64,000 nt of DNA, taken from NCBI RefSeq assembly GCF_000315625.1, contig NW_005434620.1:185631-249630 (forward strand). Reading direction: 5' to 3'. The notes below the pieces were generated by a model, which saw only the letters and a list, made by a program, of their open reading frames with translations, was not told where the DNA came from and did not search any database. This DNA comes from Guillardia theta CCMP2712 (taxonomy: Eukaryota; Protista; Cryptophyta). Below are positions 1 through 12,718 of the stretch, in pieces. Within the stretch, counting starts at the first letter, position 1, and each line of letters begins with the position of its first letter. The translations under genes were made by a program, and so were the position numbers.

Positions 1-59
1 TCCCTCCCTCCCTCATCCATCCTCCCTCCTCCCTCCTCTTTCCCTGTACTCCTCCCTCC

Positions 60-404
60 TCACTTGTGATAGAATCGCCTGATCCCTTCGCGGTAGGTCT
101 CTAGAGACTCATCCAGGTTGTCGAGCTCTTGCAGGCAGACAGCGCAGTTGTTGTAGTCGTCGGCATTCGCTTCCTCCTCCTCCATCATCGTCTTGTACAG
201 TTTGACTGCCTCCTCGTACTTCTCCTCCTGTATGTTCTCGATAGCTGCCTTCCTCCTTCTCACCGTCTCCCCCGACTGTCTGCTCGGCGTCACCGCCATG
301 ATGCAAGCACTTATGTAGAGGGTTGCAAGCATGAACCTCCTTGCACGACACATCGTAATCATCTTCTTCGTGTTGATCCTTGAGGAGCAATCTAGTTTCA
401 GCAA
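60..404 (-). CDS. TPR-repeat protein, first exon; runs off the window start
   Basis: KYEEAVKLYKTMM..ADDYNNCAVCLQELDNLDESLETYREGIRRF fits TPR consensus. Hydrophobic leader MLATLYISACIMAV. GTGAG donor near 63. Confidence 0.7.
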   Translation of the reverse strand: MLKLDCSSRINTKKMITMCRARRFMLATLYISACIMAVTPSRQSGETVRRRKAAIENIQEEKYEEAVKLYKTMMEEEEANADDYNNCAVCLQELDNLDESLETYREGIRRFYHK

Positions 405-918
405 GCAGAAGACTCTTCCCGTCTCGTCCTCCTCCCTCTCCTCCCGTCTCCTCTCCTCCCGTCTCCTCTCCTCCCGCTGCCTCCTCCTCTCCTCTCCTTC
501 TTCCTCCTCCTCCTCCTCCTCCTCTCACTAGCTCGTCTTGTCGAATCCTCGCATGGCTTCACTGCATCGTCACCTGATACCCCACCCTCTGGAATATTCG
601 AGTACCCGTAGTTTATGAGTCATTTATGGGGGTAATTCATTTCTGAGCAAGGGGTGGGGTAGGAGCTTGTGGAGCGCCCGACATGGATGTTATCAACATG
701 TCAACAGGTCAGTGGAGGAGGAGGAGGACGAGGACGAGGACGAGGAGCAGGAGGAGCATGAGGAGCATGAGGAGCAGCAAGGAGCAGGACGAGCAGGAGG
801 ACGAGCAGGAGGAGGACTAGGACCAGAACCAGAACCAGGACCAGGAGTATGAAGAAGAAAGGAGAGGAAGGAACAGCTTGGTCTATCGGGGAGCACAACG
901 AAGGGGAAGGAAGGGAGG

Positions 919-953
<35 letters not shown>

Positions 954-1001
954 GAAGAGAAAGGGAGGAGGTGGGGGAGTACCAGCATCGAAGTTAGACT
1001 C

Positions 1002-3713
1002 TTGATCTTGACGGCACCTTACATCAGGCCCCTGGTGCCCACCGGACATCACGACCCACCTCACTACACACCTGACAACGGGCAAGAGGTCTGCAGGCCC
1101 GTACCACAGCGCCAGGTATGTCCGAAGAGTGTGAATGCCTTGCTCGCGTTCTCCCTCCTGAGAGCTCCTCGCTTGCCCAGCGGCCCTCCGCCAGGTCCGG
1201 ATGGATGGGTCAAGGCGACTCTGCCGCACGGAGAGGAGATCTGGGCAGCCGTCGGCAGGTGACTCGAGCTAGGAAGGAGGGCAGGCGGCGTGACGGGGAT
1301 GCAGGAACGAGGTGGAGAGGATAAGGAACGTCGTGATCGTGGAGCGCAAGAACAACTCGAGCAGGTACCTCTGTCTCAAGTGTGGGACGACGTTCGTGGG
1401 GTCCAAGAAGAGGATCAAGGAGCACATGCGGGGGCAGGGCAAGGACGTGAAAGGCTGCGTCGAGCCCCCGACGGAGGAGGAAGAGGCGATTTTCCAACTG
1501 GATGATGCTAATTGCGGGGAGAGGGGTGCTGAGCGAGAGCGAGTGCGGGAGGACGTGGAGGAGGAGGAGGAGGAGGAGGAGGAGGAGGAGGAGGCTCTTT
1601 CTGATAACCACCAGCGTTCGCTCCCTGAGAAGAGGAAGAAGAGCGCTGGTGGGCAGGAGTGCTCGAGCCCGTTCCTTGCTAGCACGACGCCTCCGCTCAA
1701 CGACAGGTGGAAGAAGAGCAAGATGCCGGACGGGCAGGAGATCTGGGCAGCGGAACCCCGGAACGATATCGAGAGGATGAGCTGCATCGTGGTGCTGGAG
1801 CGGAGGGAGACGTCCACGAGGTACCTGTGCAACAAGTGCAACTACATGTTCTGGGGTCGAAGAAGAGAGTCAAGCTGCACCTGAGGAGGCAGAGCAGCGA
1901 CGTCAAGTGCTGTGTTGAGATGCCGACGCCGGAGGAGGAGCGGGTCCTCAAGGCGGACGACGAGGGGCATCGGAGCAAGGCGCTGCGGGGGGGGCAGCAC
2001 TACCATACGGCAGACCGGGATGAAGCAACGTCCTCCGACATCGCCGTGGTGAAGAGAGGCAGACCTTTGACAAGTCCGTTCCCAGCTTCGGGTGACCCCC
2101 CAGCTGGGGAGGGGTGGTCGAAGCTGAAGTTGACGGACGGGGCGGAGATCTGGGTGGGGGAGCCGAGGAACGCGATCGAGCGGCTGGGGAGCGTATGCGT
2201 CATTGAGAGGACGGGGAATGCGACGAGGTACCTGTGCCTGCGGTGCAACCTGATGTTTTGGGGGTCCAAGAAGCGGATAAAGGAGCATATGAGGAGGGAG
2301 GGGAGCAGCATCACCGGCTGCACTGTCGACCTCTCCTTCGAGGAGGAGGAGGTGCTGAGGACGGAGGATAACCATGGGGATGGGGCGGACGACTGCAGGT
2401 TCTCCAGCCCGTACCCAGCTAGCGGGCCTCCGCCGGAGGAGGAGGGGTGGAGCAAGGCGAGCCTGTCGACGGGGGAGGAGGTCTGGGCGGCAGAGCCGAA
2501 GAACGCGATCGAGCGGCTGGAGAGCATCCTGGTGGTGGAGAGGAGGAGCAACAGCTCGAGGTACTACTGCAGGAAGTGTAGCCTCTTCTTCTTCGGGACC
2601 AAAAAAAGAGTCAAAGAACATCTCAGACGGCTCAGCAAGGACGTCAAGCCCTGCGCCGTTGCGCCGTCGGAGCACGAGGAGCAGGTGCTCAAGGCCGACG
2701 ACTCGCTCCTCATGGTTCGCAAGGGATACGTCGACCCTGCCGCCGACAAGGGGGCGGGGAAGGGGGCGGCGGCGATGAGGGGGAGGAAGAAGGAGCGGAA
2801 CTCGCAGCTGGCGGCAGAGGCTGACCTGGCATGGTTCAAGCTGTTCGAGCGGTACGACATCCCCAAGAGAATCATCGAGACGGAAGAGGCGCGGGAGGCC
2901 GTCAGGAAGACGATCTTAGCTGGGCCCTCTTACCAGCTGCCGTCCAGGAGCAGGTTAGGTGACGACACCCCCGGACACAAGGCGGATCCCAACGGCAAGG
3001 GCGCCAAGGCTCGCTCGAAACCGGACGGTCTGATGTACCTGGCGGTGCAAGCGATGGAGGAGGAGGAGCAGGTGCTGAAGGAGGGGCTGGGAGAAGAGAC
3101 GGGTGGGTACGACCGATCCTCGTCCATGGATGTGCAGGAGCTGACGGAGCAGGGGACGAGCAAGCTGACGGGGATCAGGAAGCGAGCTGGGAAGCTCAAC
3201 AACCGGCTGTTGGACAGAAAGTCGCTCCTCTCCCTCCGCCTGAAACACCACTGGAGGTCCCAGGAGGCAGCCAAGGAGGCGGCAAGAGCGAGCACGAAAG
3301 CGCTAAGCAGCCTGAGCATGCTCAACGAGGAGTCGGCAGCGAGTGACTCGGAGCAGGAGGGGAGCCGGCATGTTGGAGGAATGGACCGAGCGATGCTCCT
3401 CGACGACGGAGGGCGGGACAGCCGCATGACCTTCGGGGGGAGGAGGGCGACAGACTTGGACCAGGGGCAGGGCATGCTCTCGAGCGTCATGGACGGCCCC
3501 AGCTTGCTGAACTCCAGCTCGAGCATCCATCCTCCTGTCTACTCCATGTCCATGAACCCTTCGAGCCTGTCTGCGAGGCTCCCAGCTCAAGTCCACCAGG
3601 TGCCTTTCTATGTGCCTGGTCCTCCTCCTCCTCCTCCTCCTCCTCCTCCTCCTCCTCCTCCTCCTCGCACCCACCCGCCTACCCGCCCCTCCCTTCCTCT
3701 TCTCGTAGACTGA
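1002..3713 (+). CDS. Four-repeat BED-type zinc-finger protein derived from a hAT transposase; intron 1259-1304, frameshift at 1853-1856, both ends uncertain
   Basis: Four ~100-aa units each with C-x2-C-x13-H-x10-C (e.g. YLCLKCGTTFVGSKKRIKEHMRGQGKDVKGC), followed by ADLAWFKLFERYDIPKRIIETEEAREAV..SYQLPSRSRL, resembling the hAT segment after the BED finger. Confidence 0.75.
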
Positions 3714-4011
3714 CACGACTTTCAGAGCCTGCAGCTTCCAGCCCTGCAAACGTCAGGCATGGACGACCTGCGATCGCCGTGGGTAGAGCAGGGCGATTTC
3801 ACTGCTCGCACGGACCTCCCTCCTCTCGAGCCCTCCGCCCTCGATCACCCGCTCCCGCGCGAGCCCTGGTCGGCCTCTCCCTCCTACCTCAACCACACCA
3901 TAGGGCAGCTGCCGCGGTACACGAGGAGCTGAGAGACTTTATGTACATGTACAGCAACAAGTTGTAAACTATCATTCTTTGACTTTGATTGCCGTTAGCT
4001 TCTCTCCCCTT

Positions 4012-4459
4012 TTACCTCTCCATTCCAACTCTGATGTACTTCTCTTGCTGCTCCTCCTCCTCTCCCTCCCCCTCCCCCTCCTCCTCCACTTTCTCTTCCA
4101 CTTCAACCTTGGAGATCGAGTCCGCAAATCGCCTCAAGTTCAGAGCCTCCATGACCTCTCTATTCGGCAGCGCTGCGACCTTGATCAGGATCTTGAGCAG
4201 GAGATTCTTGTGCGACTGCAGGTGGAGGCAGAGGACGACGACTTGCTTCATTTGCTCTTCCGGTATCGTCTCCTTGAATTCGGGCGGTGTCGGCATTGAC
4301 TTGTTGATAGACCTCAAAGTTTCCTTCATCCCCTGCGAGAGAAGATGATGTCAACAAAGAGAAGAAGAAGAAGAAGAAGAAGAATCAACACAACTGACAA
4401 CAACAACATCAGCACAGACAACAACAACTGTCTCAAAGAGCACCATATCACAACCTGAG

Positions 4460-4495
<36 letters not shown>

Positions 4496-6917
4496 TCTCA
4501 AAGAGCAGCACCATCCACACGATCACCTTGTTCTTGTCGACAAACCTATCAAGGTTCATGAACTTGTCCTGGTTCCCCGTCCCGTCAAGGAAGTCTTGCA
4601 TCCTTGCGCGGAACAGGATCGAACGCCGAAAGATCCCCCGGTACTCCTTCATGCGCGCCAAGTACTTGTCGCGCTCCCTGGAGAAGTTTCTCCGCAGGCT
4701 CTTCAAGATGCAGGTGAAGACCGAGAGCTTCAGCGATGCGTCGACGTGGAACTTTGACACCTCGGGCGACATTTTTGCCCAGTCAACTTGCTCGACGTGC
4801 TGGGCGAGGAGCTCAGGAGTCATGGCAGGGGTTGTCAGGAGTCACCTTGTACTTGGAGACATGGGCTGAGACGTCTTCACTCGCCTGCACTCACTCACAT
4901 CAGCGACCAGCAACTAGTCAAGCGTCAAGATCACCCGGCGGTGCTGAACTTTCTCCTTCATCAGCTCCGACAGCACTTGTCGCTCGACCTTCTCGAAGAT
5001 CACGTTGAGCCTTCTCCTCGATACTGCAAGAGGATCAGGGGAGCGCGAGGGAGTCAGCAAGGACACCTCTGGCTCGTTGGAGGTACAGCCGTATCTGACG
5101 CTGCAGCAGCACAACCTTCCTGCGGTAGGAGCGGATGTGCTCACGGATGAAGGAGACCTGTACCATGTAGTTCTAAGGACTCCTCCTCCTCCTCCCCTTT
5201 CCACATTACCCCTTTCCCCCCCTCCCCCTCCTCTCCTCCTCCTCCCCCTTCCCCCTCCTCACGTCGACGTACCCGCTCGAGATCTCTCAGGAAGGACACG
5301 ATGAGTTTCACTCGCCTCCCGTGCTTCCTCTGCCGCCATCTCGATATCACTTGCCGCCCCCACCTGCTCAGCCGCTCAAGAGCAGCGAGCTGCCTCTTGC
5401 GCTTTCTCGCTAGGAACTTCCGCCAGCACTTGGCGATGATGTCAACTTGCCGCGACCTGCGAGGGGAGGATGGAGCGATCAACGCGGGAGGGAGAGGAGC
5501 GTGAGAGGGAACCTGATCTCTTGCTTGAGCAAGTACCCCCGCTTCATCTCCAGCAAGCGAGCTAAACATGCAAGGATGGCCAGCCATTCTCTCTGCGCTG
5601 TCCTCTTCCTCTCAGCAGCGCTCTGCAGCAACAGCAGTCATGGACTTGACCAGCGCTCTCATGCCAACACCTCATAGTTGAACTGGATCTGCCGCTTCTG
5701 CCGCCGGAGAATCACACCCTCCATGCTCTCGCACTTGTTCAACATGTCCTCTGCCCTCCTTTGCAGAGCGTTCTCCATCTTCTCGACCCGCTCGAGGTTC
5801 TGCCGCAAGAGTCTCCCGCCCTTGTAAGAGGATCTGCCCGTCAAAAGCTCGTGCTTGTTCGCTCTCACGAAATCTTTCGTGGGTGACAAATCTGAGGACA
5901 GCACAGAATCAGATGAATCCCCTCCTCCTCTCTGATATGATATGATCTGATGTGCAACCCTCTCTTTCCCTCTACACTCCTCTCCTCCCCTCCCCCCTCC
6001 TCCTCTCCCCTACCCTCCCCTAACCTCTCCTCTCCTCTCCCCTCTCCCTTACCCTCCTCTCCCCTCCCCTCTCCTCGTCCTCCTCCTCCCCTCCCCTCTC
6101 CTCCTCTCCCCTACCCTCCTCTCCTCTCCTCTCCTAAACAACCTCGCTCACCATGAGACAAGTATGTTCGGTTAGATTCCTCCAGCAAGCTCACGTCGGA
6201 CTTGATGTTTGCTATCTTGCTCTGAATCTCCTTGACGAGCAAGGAGCGATCAGGCAACGGCTTGTCAACTTCGACTCTTCTCAGCTGACATCGGATCGAG
6301 TGGTTCAGCTGCTGGAGCAGCAGGCGCTCCTTCCGCATCTCCGCCTTGACGGTTTCCATCCTCTCCTCCTGCTCCCTCCGCGTCAGGCTCATCCTGGCAG
6401 TGTCGGATCGCACTATGTAGGGCTTCAGCTGCTGCTCGCGAGAGAAGCGCTCGGTGTGCTCCAGCAGTTCATGCCGATGCTCCCGGTAGGTGATGGCGTT
6501 GCGCAGTGACAGCTCCGACATCTCCTGCTGGACGCTCATGCCGCTTGTTTCCCTCGTTGTCATCGCCCTCCTCCTCTCATGCGGCGACGTGATCGCCGGC
6601 AGTTTGAGCTTGGGGACTCTGACCTTGTCTAACATGCCCCACTGCGTTCGCTGCACCTGAGCTCGCTTCTTGGCAAGGGCAGAGTTTAAGCGCGACCGCA
6701 TTTTCTCCATGTACAAGGCTTCCTCCTGGTGCAGGTACTGGTTGCATTTCCTCCAGAAGAGAGGTTGTTCAGGGAGGTGCTGGGGGTCGTTAGCTTGCTG
6801 TTGTGCCCTGCTCGCCTTCTCCTTGTCCTTTGAGCGCGTTCTTAGCTCATCTGGAGATGTTTTCATAGCGTGCATGTAGCCTGACCGACCTTGCTTCTTA
6901 TTACTGTGGTCGTTCAT
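4012..6917 (-). CDS. Multi-exon coiled-coil protein with an IQ-like calmodulin-binding motif
   Basis: Chain of same-strand exons separated by short GT-AG introns. IQ-like VDIIAKCWRKFLARKRKR at ~5400-5450. Long charged helical stretches. Confidence 0.6.
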
Positions 6918-7691
6918 GACCTTGCTGTACTAAAGACTTCTGTTATCTTGCGGTTGTTGATCTACTAAAGCTTTCTCTTTGTTCCTCATACACGACCACC
7001 TGCAGCTCTTGCTCTCCTCCGCTCTCCGGCTCTACGAGACCAGGTGCCACAATCATATCACCTGACAAGAGTTGACACGTCAAGTTGCTGTTAGCCGATG
7101 GTCAATGCCACGGTCTCCAACGTTGTTGGTGTGTGTCTTGCTCCTGTTCTCTTCTGCTTGCTCTCATGGTCTCTCCCGCGACCACCATCACTGCCAACTA
7201 ACCGCCGATGTCATCTCGCCATTGTATCAGTCGGTACCATCAGTACCCCCTACCCCCTTCTTTGATGGCTTGCAGTACACGGCGTATCCACCCCTACCCG
7301 TCTCTCTCATAGTGAAACAACCCCACCCTCTGGTGCCGCGGCCTATGGAGTTTCACCCTGGTACCTCCTGACGTAGACCGTGACCGTGACTTTCAGTTCC
7401 GAAGTTCAGTAAACGGAACTTCCGTGCGGCCCCGAGCGGCCCGCCGAACTTCTCGGGTAGACCGTCGGACGGCGTCATGGTCTACCCGACGGTCCGCATG
7501 TCCTAAGTCGGCTGCCTGGCCCGGCTGGAGAGTCGGAAATGAGCGGCGGCGGCCGGGCGGGCCCGCCGGACTGAACTGCGGCCCGGCAGTGAGGTCCGAT
7601 CCGACGGTCGGGCCCGATCATGGCCCCCGGAAGTTGACACTGAGCGTAAGTTTGACAAGCTTTCAAAAGCTGAGGCGGAAAGGTGAGGAGG

Positions 7692-10135
7692 ATGAATGGC
7701 GAGGCTGGGCTGAAGAACGCGGGGAATACTTGCTGGATAAATGCTGGGACGCAAAGCTTGAGGCATACACCAGGCTTGCTAGAGGTAAGAGGAAGTGAGA
7801 GTCGGCAGGATACATCATCACATCATCATCATCATCGTAATCGTCATCATCATTGGTGCTGATAATGATGATGATGCGAGGATAGATATAGGATCTGTTG
7901 TTTCCCCTCTACTTCAGCATGCGAAGTGTACTGTAAAGGTCCACGACTGAGGATCGATCACCTCTGAAGAGACAAGGCATCATTTCGCCATGATGTATTC
8001 TGATTCGATGGTTCATGCAAGGCCCTTCGAGATGCGATTCTCTCTGGCTGGGTGGAGGAATCTTTCCTGGTGGAGTTGTACAACATCATGAACAAAGTAG
8101 GACCAATATCTGACTCCCTGCAGAGTTTCTGGATGACTGTGTGAGCCCAGGTCACAGGCAAGGCAAGGATAGCAAGCGCAGATTACACCAAGTTCCTCAA
8201 GACAATCAGGTACGTTGATGTTGTTGTGATGATGGCGATGGTGCTTGTGATGAGAGGGTCCCCTGATGCAGCAATGCGAACAAGTCATTGAGGGTAAACA
8301 ACCAAGAAGATGTGCATGAATTTCTGCTGTTCGTCCTCGACAAGTTAGAGAGCACTGGCCCGACCATCCAAGGTCAATCGTGTTTCATCCTTCTTATACC
8401 CCTCATAATCCCTTCGCCAGAGTCTATCACTAGCAGGTTCTTCTCGGGGAAAGTCATAAGGCAGGTTCGCAGCGATCATGTCAAGAGAGGCTGTCCTGTG
8501 AGACCTTCTGATCAGGTACAATGCCCATCATGCAAGCACACCTCCAGCACCATCGAGCCAACGGTCTACCTGTCCCTGGACCTCTCGCCTCCTGGAGTCG
8601 TTTCCTTGGAGGATGCACTCGAAGATTTCTGTCGCGTCGAGACGTTGGATGCTGAGAACAAGTGGGAGTGCGAGAAATGCAAGAAGAAGGTGCCTGTGTG
8701 GTCTTGAGGTAAACTACATGACCATCTGTATTTGTGAAGGTAAGAGCTGCTATGAGGACCATGATCAAGGTGGGCTGATGAATCGAAGAAGACTCGTTGA
8801 CTGAATGATGCTTACATGCAGGAGTTGCCGAGGATCCTGATTGTTCATCTCAGTAATACGTGAGTGTATGGGTGCAGCAGTTCCTGACTCCTGCTTCTAG
8901 AGCGATTCTCGTACAACGCGCAAGGCAGTAGGAAGAAGATACAGAAGCAAATATCCTTCCCCAAGCTCTTCGATCTGGCAAAGTTTGTCGACAACTCTGA
9001 TCCGTCATCGCCAAGACCGAGAAACACGTTGTACTCCTTGTATGCGGTCATTTCTCACGAGGGGCAGTCGCTGACCAACGGACACTATATCAGTTACTGT
9101 AAATCCTCCGCAGGTTGGATGGAGTTCGACGACGACAGTGTCAAGGCAGTGAACTGGGAGCCCCATGTGAAGGCTTGCAAGCCGTACCTGCTCTTCTACG
9201 TCTCGGGCGAGCAGCGTCAGCGAGACCAAGCACTCCTTCAGGGTCACAACATCGACCCGCTCGCTGCGAGGATGCAACAGTTGCACGTCGACGCGCATGC
9301 AGGGCAGGAGCGATACAGCAGCACTGAGCTCGCGCAGGCAGGAGGACGAGGGAAGGGCCAGGGAGCAGAGCTATCGGTCCCTCCGATCGAGGCAAGGGAT
9401 CGAAGGGCAGAGCACGCAGCTAGATGGTCTGCTGGGGTCAACCTCACCGTCCCAACACTCCCACAGTCCGAGACCTTGTACGCTCCAGGCCGCTCGCAGC
9501 TCAACGTCAACGGGGAGAGCGCGACGTATTTGAACCAGAGCTCCTGGTCCTCCCAGGCGGCAGACCCGAGGGGAGTCAGGACAGAGCTGGTGGACTCGGC
9601 AGGAGGACAAAGGAGGGCACCGCAGGGAGCTGGGATGGATCAGAGGCTGTCGGGGCAGGTTCCCAACCCTTCCCAATGGAATTACTTCCACAGCGCGTCA
9701 ACTCAATCGAGCATGCCAGCATCGCAGCCGCTACCACATGCGCAAAATTTCCCCACCAGGTACTACCGTTCAACCCTAGACCACTTGGCAGCCATCGGCC
9801 CTTTGATTCCCCCAGCTCCCCCCTCTGCTGACCCGGTACAGGGGACGTATCCCCCAGCTCATCAGGCTTCCTCCTCAAACCTGCAAGTTCCTCCATCCCC
9901 ACTGGCGATGACAGCCCCCATGTCAAGGACGTCGCTGCGCATGAATCGCTTTCTGGACGCTCGGTTCGACCAGCCGGACCGAGAGGACATCTCCGCCATC
10001 GTCCACCGGAGGGAGGAAGAGGCTGCCCACGTAGCCGCCCTGGAGCTGAGCTACAGCCAGAAGGATCGGCAGAGGGCCTTCGTGCCCCACCGGGAAATCC
10101 CTCAATCGATCGGGAGCCTCCGAGGGCCGCGGTGA
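7692..10135 (+). CDS. Ubiquitin-specific protease (peptidase C19) with low-complexity C-terminal tail
   Basis: Cys box GLKNAGNTCWIN right after ATG 7692, QEDVHEFL, Zn-ribbon CPSC/CEKC, His box YAVISHEG..GHY..WMEFDD, YLLFY. Confidence 0.95.
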
Positions 10136-10278
10136 CAGCGGCCGGAAGGGGGTCAATGAAATCTTTTTATATGTCCATGTCAAACATCATACACAGCAGG
10201 GCCCTCGTTCCAGTTGTACAGTTCACACCCGCGTTCCCTGCCGTCCTCGTCAGGCCCTTGGAGCGTGTCCTCCATCGA

Positions 10279-12310
10279 CTACCCCCGGAGCTTCGCGGCC
10301 TCCTCTAGTAGCGGACACCGAAGTGAGGGCGCGCGCGCGAGATGGCGTCGGAGTCGCTCTCGTAGAAATCGCCTGACAGATTGTCAGCACGACAAACAAC
10401 GAGGGCAACACTGGTGCATCCAAACACCTCCGTTCATCTGCCAAACCATCAGGAACAAAGGGACAAGAACGAGCTGCTGCTTACGTAGGGATAATCACTG
10501 TTGCAGTTGAGTCCGAACACACCACCTGCACACAAGACGTGAACTGCAGTGGAGGAGGCGAGCACGAGATGTACAGTCAAGAGTGTGGGTGCTGTTGGCC
10601 TCCAGGTCCTTGGCAGGGAGGAGCTTTGCAGGGTCCAGTACCTGCAGTCTACGTTGAGCGCTCGCGACCATTGCGAACGAGAGTATACCGGCTGATAGTC
10701 GTCTAGACTTTGATATAACCTCCGCACAGCAGCAAACATCGTGCGATACTGGAAGAGAGACAAGGTCAAGCAACCTTCACTTGAAACAGGTTGGCTGAAG
10801 TGACTGTTTGATGAAATACCAACAATCTGCGTCTTCTGAAAATTCTCTCTTCCACACACATGTTAGCCCTCACCCCCTTCTCTCTCTCATACACACACAC
10901 CTTTGTTTCTCTCTCTCCTTTTCTCTCCCCCGTTCCTTCACCTCATTACCCTGTTTTCCCTCATCACATACACAAGCCTTCTTCGTTGCTTCTCTGTCAA
11001 TCATCATGACCATTCTTTTATCTCTGCTCTGAGTGAGTTACTATCTACCATTCTTTCCTCTCTTCTCCTCCTTCCCTCCCTCCTTCTCCTTTCTGCTTCC
11101 TTGGCTCTCCATTGAACGCTCCGCCATTAGCTATTTTCGGGAACCGTTACGATCGGTACTTTCCGTTTCAACGTTCCTGCAAAGCGGTAGTTATTTCCCG
11201 TTACAAGATGGTGAAAGGGCACTCGCAATATATGGGCGATGCCTGAATGACGAAGAGGAGGAGGGAGGAGGAGGAGGAGGAGGAGGAGGAGGAGGAGGAG
11301 GAGGACGAGGACGAGGAGGAGGAGGAGGAGGACGAGGAAAAGAAGGAATAGGAAGAGGAGTGGAAGAGGAGGAATAGGAGGAGTAGGAGGAGGAGTAGGA
11401 CAAGTAGAATACCAAAATGAGTTGGTAGTAAGAGGATTGAAATAATGAACAGCAATGGCATTGATGTTTGTTGTGAAACTGTCAACACAGTACCTGACAA
11501 TGGGTAGCTGCATGTTGACAAGAGTATAATGTGGATAACCCTGAGGCATGATCAACTCAAGCAGCCATTTACTTTCATGCACACATGCAGTGTACATGCT
11601 TTCTCTTGTGCCGTGCATCTGACTATCGAATCAGTTTCTACACGCGACCATGCGGCTGTTTGGATTCATCAGGGGTCCCATGCTTGGTAAGTTTGCACGA
11701 GTTGAAGGATTTCTCGCTAGCCCCTTGACGTCTCCTCTTCTGCCCGTTGCCGTTCACTTAGAAGCTCGATCGCTGACGGCACAGCAGACCTCCCATCTGA
11801 CTATGCGTACAACAAGGCGGTGATAGCTCGCTGCTTCAGCGAGGTCAGAGTCTCCCTCGTCCTCTTCCGTGGTTGATCGTTTCTCAGTTCTCTTTGGAGG
11901 ACGACGTTAAAGATTGTATCGCGGCATTGCAGGACGACAGATCGGTAGGTGGAGGAGATTGTTGTGGTTGGTCGCTTACCGGCAACGCAGCTCATGGAGG
12001 ACTATCATGCCGCTGGAAACACGAAATGCCAGTGGTGAGATGAGAGGAGGGAGAGGAGGAGCAGAGCAGAGCAGAGCAGAGCAGAGCAGAGCAGAGCAGA
12101 GAGTTTTCTCGGTGGGAGGAAACAAGATGCATGATCAGACATGTTGTATCGTGTTATCTACACTGGTACGAGGTTTCTCGCCTTGATATGTACTCTACAG
12201 GCACCAGCCCTGCGAGGAGTATGTCGTCATCGGACCGTGAAGGCGCAGACTCTGAAGTCAACAGCTGCGATTGTGCTGATACGATTGGATGAAGTTTTTG
12301 ATCTTGACGA
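10279..12310 (-). CDS. Multi-exon hypothetical protein; possibly the 3' part of the PDZ/coiled-coil gene
   Basis: Exon-like blocks (HESKWLLELIMPQGYPHY; YQSLDDYQPVY; VWQMNGGVWMHQCC; GDFYESDSD..KLRG*) between repeat-filled introns. Confidence 0.35.
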
Positions 12311-12718
12311 GTAATTGTCGGGTGCTGTTGTTGTGTGAAGGTTGGAGGACGTGGGGGAGGTGGATGGTGGGAGAAGGGGAAGGAGGAGGAGAAGACGAAG
12401 CAGGGACGGGAGGAAGGAGGAGGAGGAGGATGAGAGGAGAAGGTGAAGGAGGAGGAGGAGGGACGGGAGATGAGTGAGACTATTTGTTCTGTGCACGAGG
12501 AGCAGGGAAGGAGAAAGGAAGCTTGATGGAGGCGAGACTGCTGAAGGAGGGGGAACGATGTATGGGGAGGTAGAGCCATCGGAGATACGCAGTGGAGGGG
12601 GAGGGGAGAGAATACGAGACGGAGGATAGACGAGATGCAAGAGGGGAGGGGAGAGAAGTGCGGAACGGAGAGGGAAGGAGCGAAGGTGAGAGGAGGAGAG
12701 GGAGAGGGAGGATAGTGT

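Noticed and set aside
1842-3526. Long antisense ORFs opposite the BED gene (similar shadows at 30424-31660 and 43676-44304)
   Set aside because: Expected shadow ORFs in GC-rich coding DNA; no motifs.
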